DNA from: Mobula hypostoma
Lineage: Eukaryota
Direction of reading: 5' to 3'
Length of the DNA stretch: 64,000 nucleotides
Assembly: GCF_963921235.1 (NCBI RefSeq)
Contig: NC_086107.1
Span: forward strand, 97,776,001 to 97,840,000
This document shows, piece after piece, positions 11,240-22,730 of the stretch. Below the pieces are notes generated by a model. It saw only the letters and a list, made by a program, of their open reading frames with translations. It was not told the DNA's origin and did not search any database. The position numbers and the translations under genes were made by a program. Numbering within the stretch: position 1 is the first letter of the stretch; the number at the start of each line of letters is the position of its first letter.

Positions 11240-12968
11240 GGGTAACGTCCCTTCCCACCTGGGTTCTCTGGGCACCCCTAGCATCTAGTTCACGGGTCCG
11301 CCTGAGCCTGTGGGGGCTGATCCTCGGCTAACCTGCGGTTCCCTTCTCATCGGTCCCTGCTGGTACGTGACGGGCCATGACCTGAGTGAACAGTCCCTTC
11401 TCATGTGTCCTGACTGTTTACACCCCCAGCACAGTCTCTCTATCTCTCTCTCTCCCCTTGTCTCCTCACTGGCCCTCTTTGTCCATAACCTCTCTGTCCC
11501 CCTCCTTGGGATTTCCAGTCCTGTCTGGGCTGCTGTTTAAATTTACTCTGTTTCTGATAGGGCATTCGTAGGAATGCTCCTCCAAAGACGTTTATTACTG
11601 GCATGGGGTTTTCTGGCCCCTGTCTGACAGCGCGACCGGTTCCTCCATACAGTGGTGTTTCATTCATTTCAACGGTTGGACTCAAATCAGGTGCTACTGG
11701 CAGCATCTTTTTTCCCTTCTCTTTTTCCTTCTTTTTGAGTTCTTCAAGCTGCATTTGCATGAGCTTTCTTTACACCTCTTCCTGCTGCTCAATCAGCTTC
11801 CGTTTGTCCTTTCGATATTTCTCAACCGCATGGACTACGTGGTCTCTAAATTCTTGTGAGTACATTGACATCAGTCCCACCACTTCCTCCAGTTTAGATT
11901 TAACTTGCGGAGGCATTGCATCCAAAACGGTGGTTCGGGACAGTATGGTCATAAGCGAGTTGCCTTCCACTTCTTGCTCAGTCTCCAGTCTCCACCTTTT
12001 CAACTGATTTTCTACATAGGCTGCTGGATTCTCAGTGTCCCCCAGCGGATCCCCTTTCAAAGCTTTGGGGTCCACTTTAGGTGGGTAAAACTTCCTGACG
12101 GCCTGCCATACCCTCTGCCTCACTTGGTCAAAGCTGGTCCCGTCAGTCATTGGGCTGAACGCATTTAGTAGTCCGGCCGTTTCCATCAGCTCTTTTAATT
12201 TGGAGGTTCCCATCAACCCTATCAGCAGTGCCTTCAATTCTCCCATAGCCAACAACCATCCCGTAGTTTCTTCTTCAAAGGCTCTAATCCACTTCCCTGC
12301 TCCTTCATGTAAACTAGGCAGGGTGTTTTTCAGCCCTTCCAGGTCCTGGCAGCCCCAGGGAACATACTGTACTTGTCCCGACCCTTTTACAAACAACGGC
12401 ATCACGTTTTCCTTCTCTCCCCATATTCTGATCTTCCTCCTCACCCGACTCCTCATATTTTCTTCTTTCCTCCTCGGTATCCCAGACTTTAAACTTTCCC
12501 CCCAGTTCTAGTTCTCCTGATAATACAGGACTCTATTTAAGAGTTTCCTTCTCGCAATAAGGTGGAGGTGTTTCTACATTTCTCAGGTCTGGGTATAGAG
12601 TCGGCTCCTTGTTGTTTCTCCTGTGGTTTGCCAGACTGCTTTTCTTGTTTCTCAGTGTCTTCTTTACATGCTTCTGATATTCTTCCTTTCCTTCTCAATC
12701 TTTCTCCCTCCAGCCTAAACAGTTTTAACACTTCTATCTCCTATTTTCTTTTTTTCTCTCTTTTCTTGGATTTATCTCTTGGTTTGTGATTTTTAATCAG
12801 CGCCTCCATTTCCTCACATAAACTTACATCAAATGTTCCCTCTTTCAGCCACTTCGTGACCAGATTTTTTGGTTCTTTTTTTCCCATTTTTCTGAAATTT
12901 CCGCAATCTTACCTTGACACACCGGGAACATTTTACTCTATTTTTACTGCTGTTCCTTTCCCTGTCAT
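11240..12968 (-). pseudogene. gag: ERV gag, fragmented
   Basis: ATG at about 12968 (MTGKGTAVKIE), capsid-like QYVPWGCQDLEGLKNTLPSLHEGAGKWI, zinc knuckle CWGCKQSGHMRRDC at about 11385-11426; several stops and frameshifts. Confidence 0.88.
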
Positions 12969-13659
12969 ATTGTTCTTCCCCTTTTTAAGGCATTCTTAAC
13001 GTCTCACACCTCGGTAATACTACTTTCTGTAACCTATTTCTCTATCTAACCTTATGGTTTCTTTTCAGCCGAGTCTAAATTATCTGCTTAAGCTATCCTT
13101 ATCTTCTATTCTGTTCTGCCCGTGCAGACCCCTTTCTCAGGCGGTATCCGCAGAACCTTCTTTTTGCACCTCGCCTTACTTTTCTTAAAGCGGTATTCAC
13201 GAGGATTTTCTCTTTGGCACCTCGCCTATGCAGACCCTTACACCTCTTAAGGCGGTGTTCACGAGGATTTTCTCTTTTTTCCTTTCTTTCCCTGCCCATC
13301 CAGACCTTCGTCTCGAACGAAGCGGTATCCACAGGGACTTACCAACACCACGTGGAATTTTTCTTACTTAACTTCTTATTACTTTATTCATACTCACCCC
13401 CTCACTACAGTGTTCCTGATTAATCCTCCGAGCCTCCTTTTAACCCTCAATTCTGCCAGATTCTTTGAATCGGAGAGACCCTTTGGCAGTTGTTTCACAC
13501 TTCTGAGTCCCCAAGATCTCCCCCAAAACTAACAGAATTCTTAGTCCAAATTGTCGCTAAAAAGCGCTTACCTTTGTTTGGGTGCACCCTGAACTCTGTT
13601 AGCTGGACCGGGAAGCGCCCTCAACCTGCTGTTTCCCTTCTTCCACGGGTCTCTTCCCG

Positions 13660-13678
13660 ATCCTGCCCGACTACGCCA
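13660..13678 (-). promoter_or_regulatory. Primer-binding site, tRNA-Ser
   Basis: Minus strand TGGCGTAGTCGGGCAGGAT is complementary to the vertebrate tRNA-Ser 3' end (...ATCCTGCCGACTACGCCA) with one extra G. Confidence 0.9.
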
Positions 13679-13681
13679 ATA

Positions 13682-13852
13682 CCACCTGTCTCACACCCCT
13701 GCCTCAGCACCTCACCCTCACCATCCCCAGCACCCTTTGCTGCCACCGGATTTACAACTCACTCTCCACTTCATGATGATAAGCACAGTAATGTGTAAAA
13801 GTCTTAGGCGCCCTAGCTAAATACGAGCCAAAGACTTTTGCACCGAATTGCA
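13682..13852 (+). mobile_element. Right half of the composite MITE split by the ERV
   Basis: Continues ...ctctgccac|ctgtctcacacccct and ends in the cagta.tgtg.aaaagtcttagg hairpin. Confidence 0.85.
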
Positions 13853-13882
13853 TAATATATGTTATTATATATTCTGTGTGGT

Positions 13883-14318
13883 TATGAATCTTTTGGAGGG
13901 TAGGCCTCAAAATCCCCGGCCTCGCTGCTTTTGGCGACCAAGAAGGAGGTCGAATTGTTTGGACAGAGATGGCGCTCAGTACTCGGTGTCGGAGAGCTGA
14001 TCGGAGGCTCAAAGTTTTCGGATGACTCAGAGTCGGATTGTGGTCGGCATGGCAGGGAGAGTTTTTCTTCCTTCTCCCGCCTGCGTGAGATGTGGGACAT
14101 TGGAGAAACTTTGAACTTTACTGTGCTCATGGACTTCTTCATCAAGTTATGGTATTGTTACACTGTTTGCAACTATATGTTATAATTATGTGGTTTTGTC
14201 AGTTTTTCAGTCTTGGTCTGTCCTGTGTTTTATGATATCACACCGGTGGAAATAATGTATCATTTCTTAATGCATGCATTACTAAATGACAATAAAAGAG
14301 GACTACGTGTCTTCATAA
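13883..14318 (+). mobile_element. Unclassified interspersed non-coding repeat (SINE-like), 5'-truncated relative to the copy at about 22158-22730
   Basis: Closely matches the reverse complement of about 22158-22595; the 3' ends coincide (gactrcgtgtcttcataat). Confidence 0.8.
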
Positions 14319-14700
14319 TTATATATATTCTATAGTTTTTATGTATTGCTGCAAAACAACAAATTTTTACAAAATGTGCCAGTGATATTAAACCTGATTC
14401 TGACCCTCTTGGGCTGTCTTCTCACCACCCCCTCAGTGAAGAAATTCCTCCTGGTCTCTGTCCTGAAGAACTCAACCCCTTAATAGTAGACCTGCTACTG
14501 CAGTTTTAGAGGTTCAGTCAGGTGGAACCCAAACATTGCACCTTGCCCTGTCAAAGCACGTAAGAATTTTCTATGTTCCAACGAGATCGCCTGTGCTCTG
14601 GAGGATACAGGCCCTTTCTACTTCATCTCTGTTCACAGGACAAATCCTGGAATCCACCTATTCAATTAGCTGGGTCCCTGTTGTACAGATATATCCTTCC

Positions 14701-17540
14701 TTTGAATTAGTTTAATGTTTTAAAGTTACAAAGCATAACATCGGTGATGAGGTGTTTTTAAAATGAAGCGCAGCAAGACGTTCAAGCTAACAAAAAAAAC
14801 GCAGTGAGGAGCAGCGATTTTTAAAAAAATTGCAGCTCAGCAGGTGCAGAGCCGCCTGAGTTTTTCTTTTTAAAAAGCAGCGCAGCACCTGTCCTTTGGA
14901 AGGGAAGACACAATCGAGGTTTTAAAAAGAAGAATTCACGGGTTCATTTATAGGCATCCGTTAGTCTGGTGAGACCATGGATTTGCACCTTGGAAGGTTT
15001 CCAGGGCGCAGGCCTGGGCAAGGTTGTATGGAAGACCAGCAGTTGCCCATGCTGCAAGTCTCCCCTCTCCGCGCCACCGACGTTGTCCAAGGGAAGGGCA
15101 CTAGGGACGATACAGCTTGGCACCGGTGTCGTCGCAGAGCAATGTGTGGTTAAGTGCCTTGCTCAAGGACACAACACGCTGCCTCAGCTGAGGCTCGAAC
15201 TAGTGACCTTCAGATCACTAGATGAACGCCTTAACCACTTGGCCATGCGACAACACGGCTTCATAAAGAGCAAGTACCAGGTGATCATACTTATAAAAAT
15301 AAAAACAGAAATGCCTGGCTGCTTTGGAAAGATTGGCATGTTTGATTCCACAAGAGATAACTAGCTCAAGTATCCTGAGCAGACTGAACAGTAGTTTGAA
15401 GCAAATGCTAATGAGAAATGAGTACCAAGTTTGCTGAGTGCTTTGGGTTTAAAGGCATACAATTTACTTTGATATTTTATTGCTCCAACCAAATCACCAG
15501 AAAGGAACTTTGCTGCTATTGTGAAAGTGACGCAGGCACATTTAGGACAATTGTTTATTGCTGAACATTTTAGGATTCATAAGTGGAATTAAAAAAAAAG
15601 GCAGATATCCACTAAGAACTTATACTGGAGAAATTAAGAGAAAGCATACGCAGCTGAACTGAAGAGATTGTCTGAGTAATGTCAGTTCGGTAATGATGTA
15701 CTGAGAGATCACTTAGTTTGTGGAATCTTACAAGAAAGCATTCACGAACAGCTCCTAACTGAAGTACAACTTGCCTTTAAAAGAGCAGTTGAAATCACTG
15801 TTTCAATAGAAATCGCAGACAGAGATGCAATTGAGTTGCAGTCAGGAATGAGAGTAAGCATAAACAAAATTGCAACATCTAAATAGACACTGGCCTAGTT
15901 GAACAAATCATGTTACCATTGTGGGAGGGGCTCATATACACCAGACCAATGCAGAAGTAAAGGCGACACTTGCAGAAAATGCAAATAAGTAGGGCAGGTT
16001 GAACTGATGAAAATAAATGAACTGCACAGAGAAGAGAAAACGCTAGTAAGTCAAGTTGCACCTTCAAAAAGAGCACTAATCTGCATGCTGTTGATGAGAG
16101 TGTCACAGGACTGGCTACCCATGAAATTTACAATGTGAGAACTAGCAGTAGACAAGCAATATGGTTTACGCCAGAAGTGAATGGCAAATTAATTAAAATG
16201 GAACTGGACACTGGATCAAGCTGTTTCAGCCATTCCACAAAATGAGAGAAATGGCATTTCAGATGCTAAACTGAAGCCTGCAGATATCCACTAAGACCCT
16301 GTACTGGAGAAAAGATAACTCCTGTGGCAATGACTTTCAACATGTGAAATACAACAACCAACAAGCCAAATTGAGATTGTATGAGGTAAAAACAGGAGGA
16401 CCAGTACTGTGGGACGTGATTGGCTGAGACAGCTACAACTTGATTGGAGATCCATACAACATTTGCATGCCACATCCCCTGCAACAAAGTCAAATGAAAG
16501 TGACTTAAGAAAGGTACTGGATGATGCCACAACCATCGCCATGCTATACTCCATGAATTGTTCCCCAACTGAGGACAAACAGGTGTTGGTGCCAACCTCT
16601 GAGCCACTGGTTGGGAAGCATATTGGACCAAGGAAGGACCATGCTGCTCAGAGGAATCGTGAAAGTGACAAAAGCCCAATGGTCCAACTACAACAGTTTT
16701 TATAGGCAATATTTCTAAGAAAGTTAATCAGGCAGTTACTTGCAAAATACAGCTTGGTTTTAAGCTGGAAGGGAGTTCAATGAGCTTCAGGAAAGTTGCA
16801 AGCATTCAGCTTTTGTGAGAATAAAGAACCAGAATCTACTCTGTGTGCATCAAGGTTATTGCATGAGCTTCAAGTGGGAAAAAAAACCTTGTAAAAGTGA
16901 ATGCAAAGACCAAAGCCCAGCTGGATGAATGGATGGCCAAAAAGAAAGGAGTTAATGGAGATAGGAAAACAGAGGATTTGTCAGATGATGTTGGAGGTCA
17001 GGAAACCAAGAGGAGAGATCGCATTGTAAAGGGCGCAATAGAAGCATTAGTAAGAGAATACTTCAATGAACTAAATACGCCTTCCTAAGGTCAAGGCGCA
17101 CAAACTAGAAGAAGAAGAAAGGTGACTACCACTGTCAGAACCACTTCCTGCAGTCTCAGAGTCAACTCCTACAACTAACATGGAGGAGGCCCCAGAACCT
17201 GAGACTGTTTTCATAGCCACGAGCTTCACCTAGCAAACAGCGATTCCTCTTGTCAGGAAAGACGTTATCCCACAAGAGTAAGAAATCCCCCACCAAGATT
17301 AAATCTATAGGCCTGAATGGGACAATTAAAAAATTTACTATGCTGCGGATGTCTATATAATGGTTGTATTACCTACTGTACTGTGTACATAGTTGAGATG
17401 CATTCTATCGAGTTGGAATTTACAGCTGAGCAGGGGGAGTATTGTGTATTTAATATCTCAGTAATCTTGTATATATAGGTTTTAATTAAGCAATTTTCTT
17501 CATTTAAATAATTCATGATGGGTTATTTATATAAATATAT
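14701..17540 (+). mobile_element. Decayed Gypsy/Ty3 LTR retrotransposon with the RT/RH/IN region deleted
   Basis: Gag-like GKIGMFD and LRDHLVCG, zinc knuckles near 15910-15990, protease MELDTGS at about 16198, LWGRDWL, terminal RRYPTRVRNPPPRLNL*, PPT agcagggggag at about 17429, then an LTR start. Confidence 0.8.
14945..15250 (-). mobile_element. tRNA-derived SINE with RTE-like tail, inserted in the Gypsy leader
   Basis: Minus strand A-box TGGCCAAGTGG, B-box AGTTCGAGCC and core GTGTCCTTGAGCAAGGCACTTAAC; the tail shares sequence with 56083-56180. Confidence 0.8.
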
Positions 17541-17799
17541 GAGACACCTGCCACTCATTTCTAACTCATGACCTGCAGCCTATTTAAACCCAACTGTCAT
17601 CCACAGTCCCTGTTCACTCAGTGAACTACTCAATCTCAACCAATTGCTCCTACCCTTCAGTTACCTTGTTGTCTAAGATCTGTTCTCTCTTATTTTGTGG
17701 CCCCTTGTTATTTTGTAGTTTATTAGTAAAACATTGTTTAATGCTAAATCGTCTCCACTGCTCTGCTGTTGGGTCAAGCCTCCTCTACATTTCCTGACA
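17540..17799 (+). repeat. LTR fragment of a second LTR family
   Basis: tatttaaa, agtaaa and ctgctgttgggtc, ending ...cctgaca. Confidence 0.5.
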
Positions 17800-17814
17800 G
17801 ACTCTTTGGAAAGG

Positions 17815-18190
17815 GTTCGGAGAAGAGGTTTACCAGTATGTTGCCTGGATTAGAGGGCATGAACTAAAATGAGAAGTTGGGCAGATCCTGGACCATTGGC
17901 GGCTGAGGGGAGACCTGAGAGAAGTTATAAAATTGAGAGACACAGATTGGGAAGATAGTCGAAATCTTTTTTCTCAGAGCAGAAATGTCAAGTATTAATG
18001 GTCATGCATTCAAGGTGAGAGGGGAAAGTTTTAACGAGATGTGAGGGGCAAGTTTGTTACTCAGAGAATAGTGGGTGCCTGAACGTACTGCCACAGTTGG
18101 TGGTGGAGGCAGATAGAGTGTAGTATTTAAGAGGCTGTTAAGTAGACACATGAACATGGAGGGAAATGTACGGGCAGAAGAGTTAATTGG
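17815..18190 (+). mobile_element. CR1 LINE 3' fragment
   Basis: Degenerate RRFTSMLPG / RLRGDL / HAFKVRG / W N..P motifs. Confidence 0.75.
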
Positions 18191-18199
18191 CATCATGTT

Positions 18200-18410
18200 C
18201 AGCACACATCGTGAGAAGACAGGATTCCTTGGAGAAGACTCTCACCTTAGGTAAAACAGAAGGTAAAAGAAGGAGAGGACAACAGATATGTCGGATAGAT
18301 AATATTATTCAGACCATGCGTATGACCTTGGGCAGTTTCCAGCAAGAAGGCCAGGTGTGGGGAGTCCATGAGGTCATGAAGAGTCAGACTCGACTTAACG
18401 ACTGAACAAC
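18200..18410 (+). mobile_element. RTE LINE 3' end, BovB-like
   Basis: HIVRRQDSLEKTLTLGKTEGKRRRG followed by gtccatgaggtcatgaagagtcagactcgacttaacgactgaacaaca. Confidence 0.8.
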
Positions 18411-19029
18411 ATAAAGTGTATCTATTCATTATTTACATAATAAACAACAGTAGACTATGGTGGTTCCTCAGTGAAGCCCCCATTCATCACTCATAGGTAG
18501 AGAAATAAAGTGAACAGCAATGTTATCTCCAGAAATATGATAGACAAGAACATACCCCTTGAGAATTAATTCATTTAGCATTCTTGCATCTGGGAATAAT
18601 CCTAAGTGCTCAATGAAGGACTGGTGTACAGTATTGATCTCCCTATTTCAGAAAGGATGTCAATGTATTGGAAGCAGTTTGGAGAATATTTTTCACTCAT
18701 GGAATTGTGAGTCTTTGCAACTTTCTTCTGCAAAGGGGGAAGCAGATTCCGAACTTTATCAACTCAGATAAAGGGAAAGTATTTTTGCAGTCAAGGGGAT
18801 TGTGAGGTTGAGGTTACTGCTGGATCTTATGGAATAGCAGAGAAGGTTCAAGGGTGGTTCCACAGGCAGAGTGAACCTGAGAGTGGTAGGAAGGGAAGGA
18901 AAGGACGCCAGGCTTCAGCTTGGCCAACACAGTGGGGGAGAGAAGAGAGAGACCGAGAAAAAGGGAGAAAAGGAGAGAGGCTGACAGACACATGATATCT
19001 TTTATTATTATTATTTACACAGCTCGAAT

Positions 19030-19570
19030 GCCATCTAGAGGTTTGCTGATGACACAACCATTGTTGGCTGAATTTCAGATGGTGACAAGAGGGCGTACCG
19101 GAATGAAATACATCAACTAGTTGAGTGGTGTCGCAGCTATAACCTTCAACATCAATAAAATCAAAGAACTGATTGTGGGCTTCTCTAAAGGGCAAGCCAG
19201 GGAAACACACACCAATCCTCATAGAGGGATCAGAAGTGGAGAGAGTGAGCAGCTTCAAGTTCCTGGGTGTCAATATCTCTGAGGATCTATCCTGGGCCCA
19301 ACATATTGATGCAGCTACCAAGAAGGTGCAGCACTGGCTATATTTCATAAGGAGTTTGAGGAGATTTGGTATGTCACCAAAGACACTCGTAAATTTCTAC
19401 AGATGTACTGCGGAAAGCATTCCAACTGGCCGCATCACCATCTGGTATGGGGGGTGGGGGTGCTACTGCACAGGGTTGGAAAAAGCTGCAGGGAGTTGTA
19501 AACTTAGTCAGCTCTATCATGGCCATAGTATCCAGGACATCTTCAAGAATCGATGCCTCAAAAAGGCACA
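19030..19570 (+). mobile_element. Rex1/Babar-like LINE RT fragment
   Basis: FADDTT, VERVSSFKFLGVNISEDLSW, LYFIRSLRRF, NFYRCTAES. Related fragments at about 21000-22940 (-), 25545-26100 (+), 32600-33060 (-), 48720-49270 (+) and 51550-52270 (-). Confidence 0.85.
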
Positions 19571-19714
19571 TCCATCATTAATTCCCTTTTTACTGGGAAT
19601 GCAGCTTGTTAGCTCCTTGCTAACAGCCACTGGCAAGGAAGCCACCTTTCTCAGGCTCTGTATGACTAGGGTGTATACGTGAGGTTGGGATGTCTCACCC
19701 ACCCAGACCCTGGT

Positions 19715-20319
19715 TTGTACGAATACTGTGTGATTTACTGCCCTCCACCCCACAATTGCCATCGGCAAGAAATAACAGATCATACACTGCATACAGTTAT
19801 ACAGAGAGTATATTTATAAACATTAACTTAGCCAAAGCGTTATTAAAGGAAAAAAAAACAATAAGTGCCCTTTATAGTTAAACAGTCAAGTGTGCACATA
19901 AGTTGGAGCTCATCTTGAAGTTGTCTGTAACTCACGTGCTGCACCCTCAGTCTACGTGAAAGCACACACCGCCTTCCGAATGTCGCTCGAAATCCACTTC
20001 AAACAAACGGGGTCTCCCACAGGAGTATTGGTTCTTCCACCTTGAAGCCATTCATCTGCACAAAGCACCTTGTGCAATGGGGACGGTATCCTCAGCCATC
20101 TTCCCCAATGTCTTCTCCCACCTCCCGCCCAGCGTTCTCTACAACCTTCTCCCAGTTCCACCATCCTGGTTGGCTGACACCACATTCCTAAGTTGAACAA
20201 CAAAGCCCCTTATCTCTGCTGAAACCCAGACAAGCTGAAAGCAGAACAGACTGCTCTGACAGAACTGCTAAAATGAAATACCCACAGCATAGCAGTAAAA
20301 CTCTTAACCACGGCATTAC
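19715..20319 (-). repeat. LTR-like repeat
   Basis: Block bounded by tgtac...attaca (TG...CA) interrupting a LINE fragment; no coding motif seen. Confidence 0.35.
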
Positions 20320-20502
20320 ATAAAGACAGCAAATTTCACGACATATGCCGGGGATATTAAACCTGAATCTAATTCTGATACTGATTTATTATTGCCACAT
20401 GACCAAGATACAGTGAGAAGGTTATCTTGTCTACTGTTTACACAGATCAGATCATTACACAGTGCGTTGAGGTAAAACAATAACAATACAGAATAAAGTA
20501 TT

Positions 20503-20830
20503 CAGAGGCTTTTTCCTGGGCTGAAATGGCTAACACAAGGGGGGCATAGTTTTAAAGTGCTTGGAAGTAGGTACAGAAGGGATGTCAGGGTTAAGTCTTT
20601 CACACAGAGCGTGGTGGGTGCGTGGAATGTACTGCCAGCAACGGTGTTAGAGGCGGACACAATAGGGTCTTTTAAGAGACTCTTAGATAGGTACATGGAG
20701 CTTAGAAAAATAGAGGGCTATGTAGTACAGAAATTCTAGGGAGTTTCTAGAGTTGGTTACATGGTCGGCACAACACTGTGGGCCACGGGGCCAATAATGT
20801 GCTGTAGGTTTCTATGTTCGATGATCTATG
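20503..20830 (+). mobile_element. CR1 LINE 3' end
   Basis: FTQSVVGAWNVLP..VLEADTIGSFKRLLDRYM plus a ttctatgttc tail. Confidence 0.85.
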
Positions 20831-22157
20831 TTCTAAAGTGTAACCGCTACAGAGAAAATGCAGTGCAGGTAAATGATAAAGTTCAAGGTCTTCAAAGTAA
20901 GTTTATTATCAAAGTACATATATGCCACCACATACAACCCTGAGGCTCATTTTCTTGCGGGCATTCTCAATAAATCATTAATAGAATAATAACCATAATA
21001 GAATCAATGAAAGATGGCACCAACTTGGGCGTTCAACCACAGTGCAAAAGACAGCAAATGGAGCAAATACAAAAATAAGGAAATAATAATAATAAATACA
21101 TAAGCAATAAATATCAAGAACATGAGATGAAGAGTCCTTGAAAGTGAGGCCATGGGCCAAGTGAAGTTATCGCCATTAATTCAAGAGCCTGATGGTTGAG
21201 GGGTAGTAACTGATTCTGAACCTGGTGGTGCGAGTCCTGAGGCTCTTGTGCCTTCTTCCTGATGGCAGCAGCGAGAAGAGGGCATGACCTGGGTGGTAGA
21301 GATGGGGGTGGGGAGTGTCCCTGATGATAGTTGCTGCTTTCCTGTAACTGCACTTTGTGCTGATGTGCTCAGTGGTGGTCATAATGAGATAGATTGTGTG
21401 GTCATATCGTCCAAGAGGTCCATTCCAGAATTGGATAACAGTGGGATTGAAGCTGGTGGTACATGCTTTCAGGCTCATCAGGAAGAGGGGCAAAGAGAGA
21501 ATGTCTGGGGTGGACAGGGCCTTTGATTGTTCTGACTGCTTTACTGAGGCTGTGAGAAGCTTAGAAAAAGTCCACAGGGGGGCGGGGGGGGGGAAGTTAG
21601 AGCCTGTGACGTGCTGAGCTATGTCCACAACTCTCTGCAGTTTCTTGCAGTCACGTGCACAGCAATGTTATGCATCCAGACAAAATGTTTTCTATGGTGC
21701 TTCAGTAACAAATTTTGCATGCTGAATCTCTTCATCCTTCTAGGGAAGTAGAAGCATTGGTGAGCTTTCCTGGCCGTGACGTCAATGAGGTTGAGCCAGG
21801 ACAGGTTGTTGTCAATGTTCACTCCAGGGATCTTGACGATCTCAACCCTCTCAATCTCAACATCATTGATGTAGACAGGAGCACGTGCACTGCCCCCCCT
21901 CCTTTATGAAGTCAATGACCAACTCTTTTGTTGCCATTGGGGCATGTCACTAGGCTCTCCATCTCCATCCAGCACTCCAACTCATCCTAACTGGGGATGC
22001 CGCCCACTACTGTGGTATCACCTGCAAACCTGTAAGGGGAGTTAGAGCAGAATCTGACCCCACAGTCATGAGTGTACAGTGAGTACAGAAGGGGGCTGGG
22101 GACACAACCCTGTGGAGCACCAGTGTTTAGAGGTCTTGCTCCCTATCCTTACATTTT

Positions 22158-22730
22158 TAGATTATGAAGACACGCAGTCCTCTTTTATTGTCATTCAGTA
22201 ATGCACGCATTAAGAAATGATACAATATTCCTCCGGTGTGATATCACAAAACACAGGACAGACCAAGACTGAAAAAACTAACAAAAACCACATAATTATA
22301 ACATATAGTTACAACAGTGCAACAATACCATAACTTGATGAAGAAATCCATGAGCACAGTAAAAAGTTCAAAGTCTCTCAAATGTCCCACATCTCACGCA
22401 GACGGGAGAAGGAAGAAAAACTCTCCCTGCCATGCCGACCACAGTCCGACTCTGAGTCATCCGGAAATTTCGAACCTCCGATCAGCTCTCCGACACCGAG
22501 TACTGAGCGCCATCTCCGTCCGAACGATTCGACCTCAATCTCGGTTGCCAACAGCAGGCAAAGCCAGGGATTTTGAGGCCTTCCCTCCGGAAGATTCCCG
22601 ACCGCACAGTAACAACAGCAGCGAACTGACGTTTCAGAAATTTCTCCAGATGTTCCTCTGTGCTTTCACGTCCGTCTCCATCAAATCTGAATTGTCCACG
22701 GCCCCTATTTAACGGATACGATATCACTGA
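22158..22730 (-). mobile_element. Longer copy of the unclassified repeat seen at 13883-14318, nested in a Rex1-like fragment
   Basis: Reverse-complement match; the flanking LINE sequence continues on both sides. Confidence 0.8.

Larger units (their letters stand above)
1354..13681 (-). mobile_element. Defective endogenous retrovirus (class I, gamma/epsilon-like fish-type ERV): PBS-gag-(deleted pro/RT)-RNaseH/IN-env-PPT-3'LTR; no 5' LTR
   Basis: gag with CCHC knuckle, RNase H and integrase motifs, env with ISD and CX6CC, tRNA-Ser PBS, PPT, an LTR with TATA and ATTAAA, and TSD ccac at 1350-1353 and 13682-13685. Confidence 0.95.

Noticed and set aside
14945..15250. tRNA gene
   Set aside because: Has A and B boxes but continues into a SINE core and tail; no complete cloverleaf.
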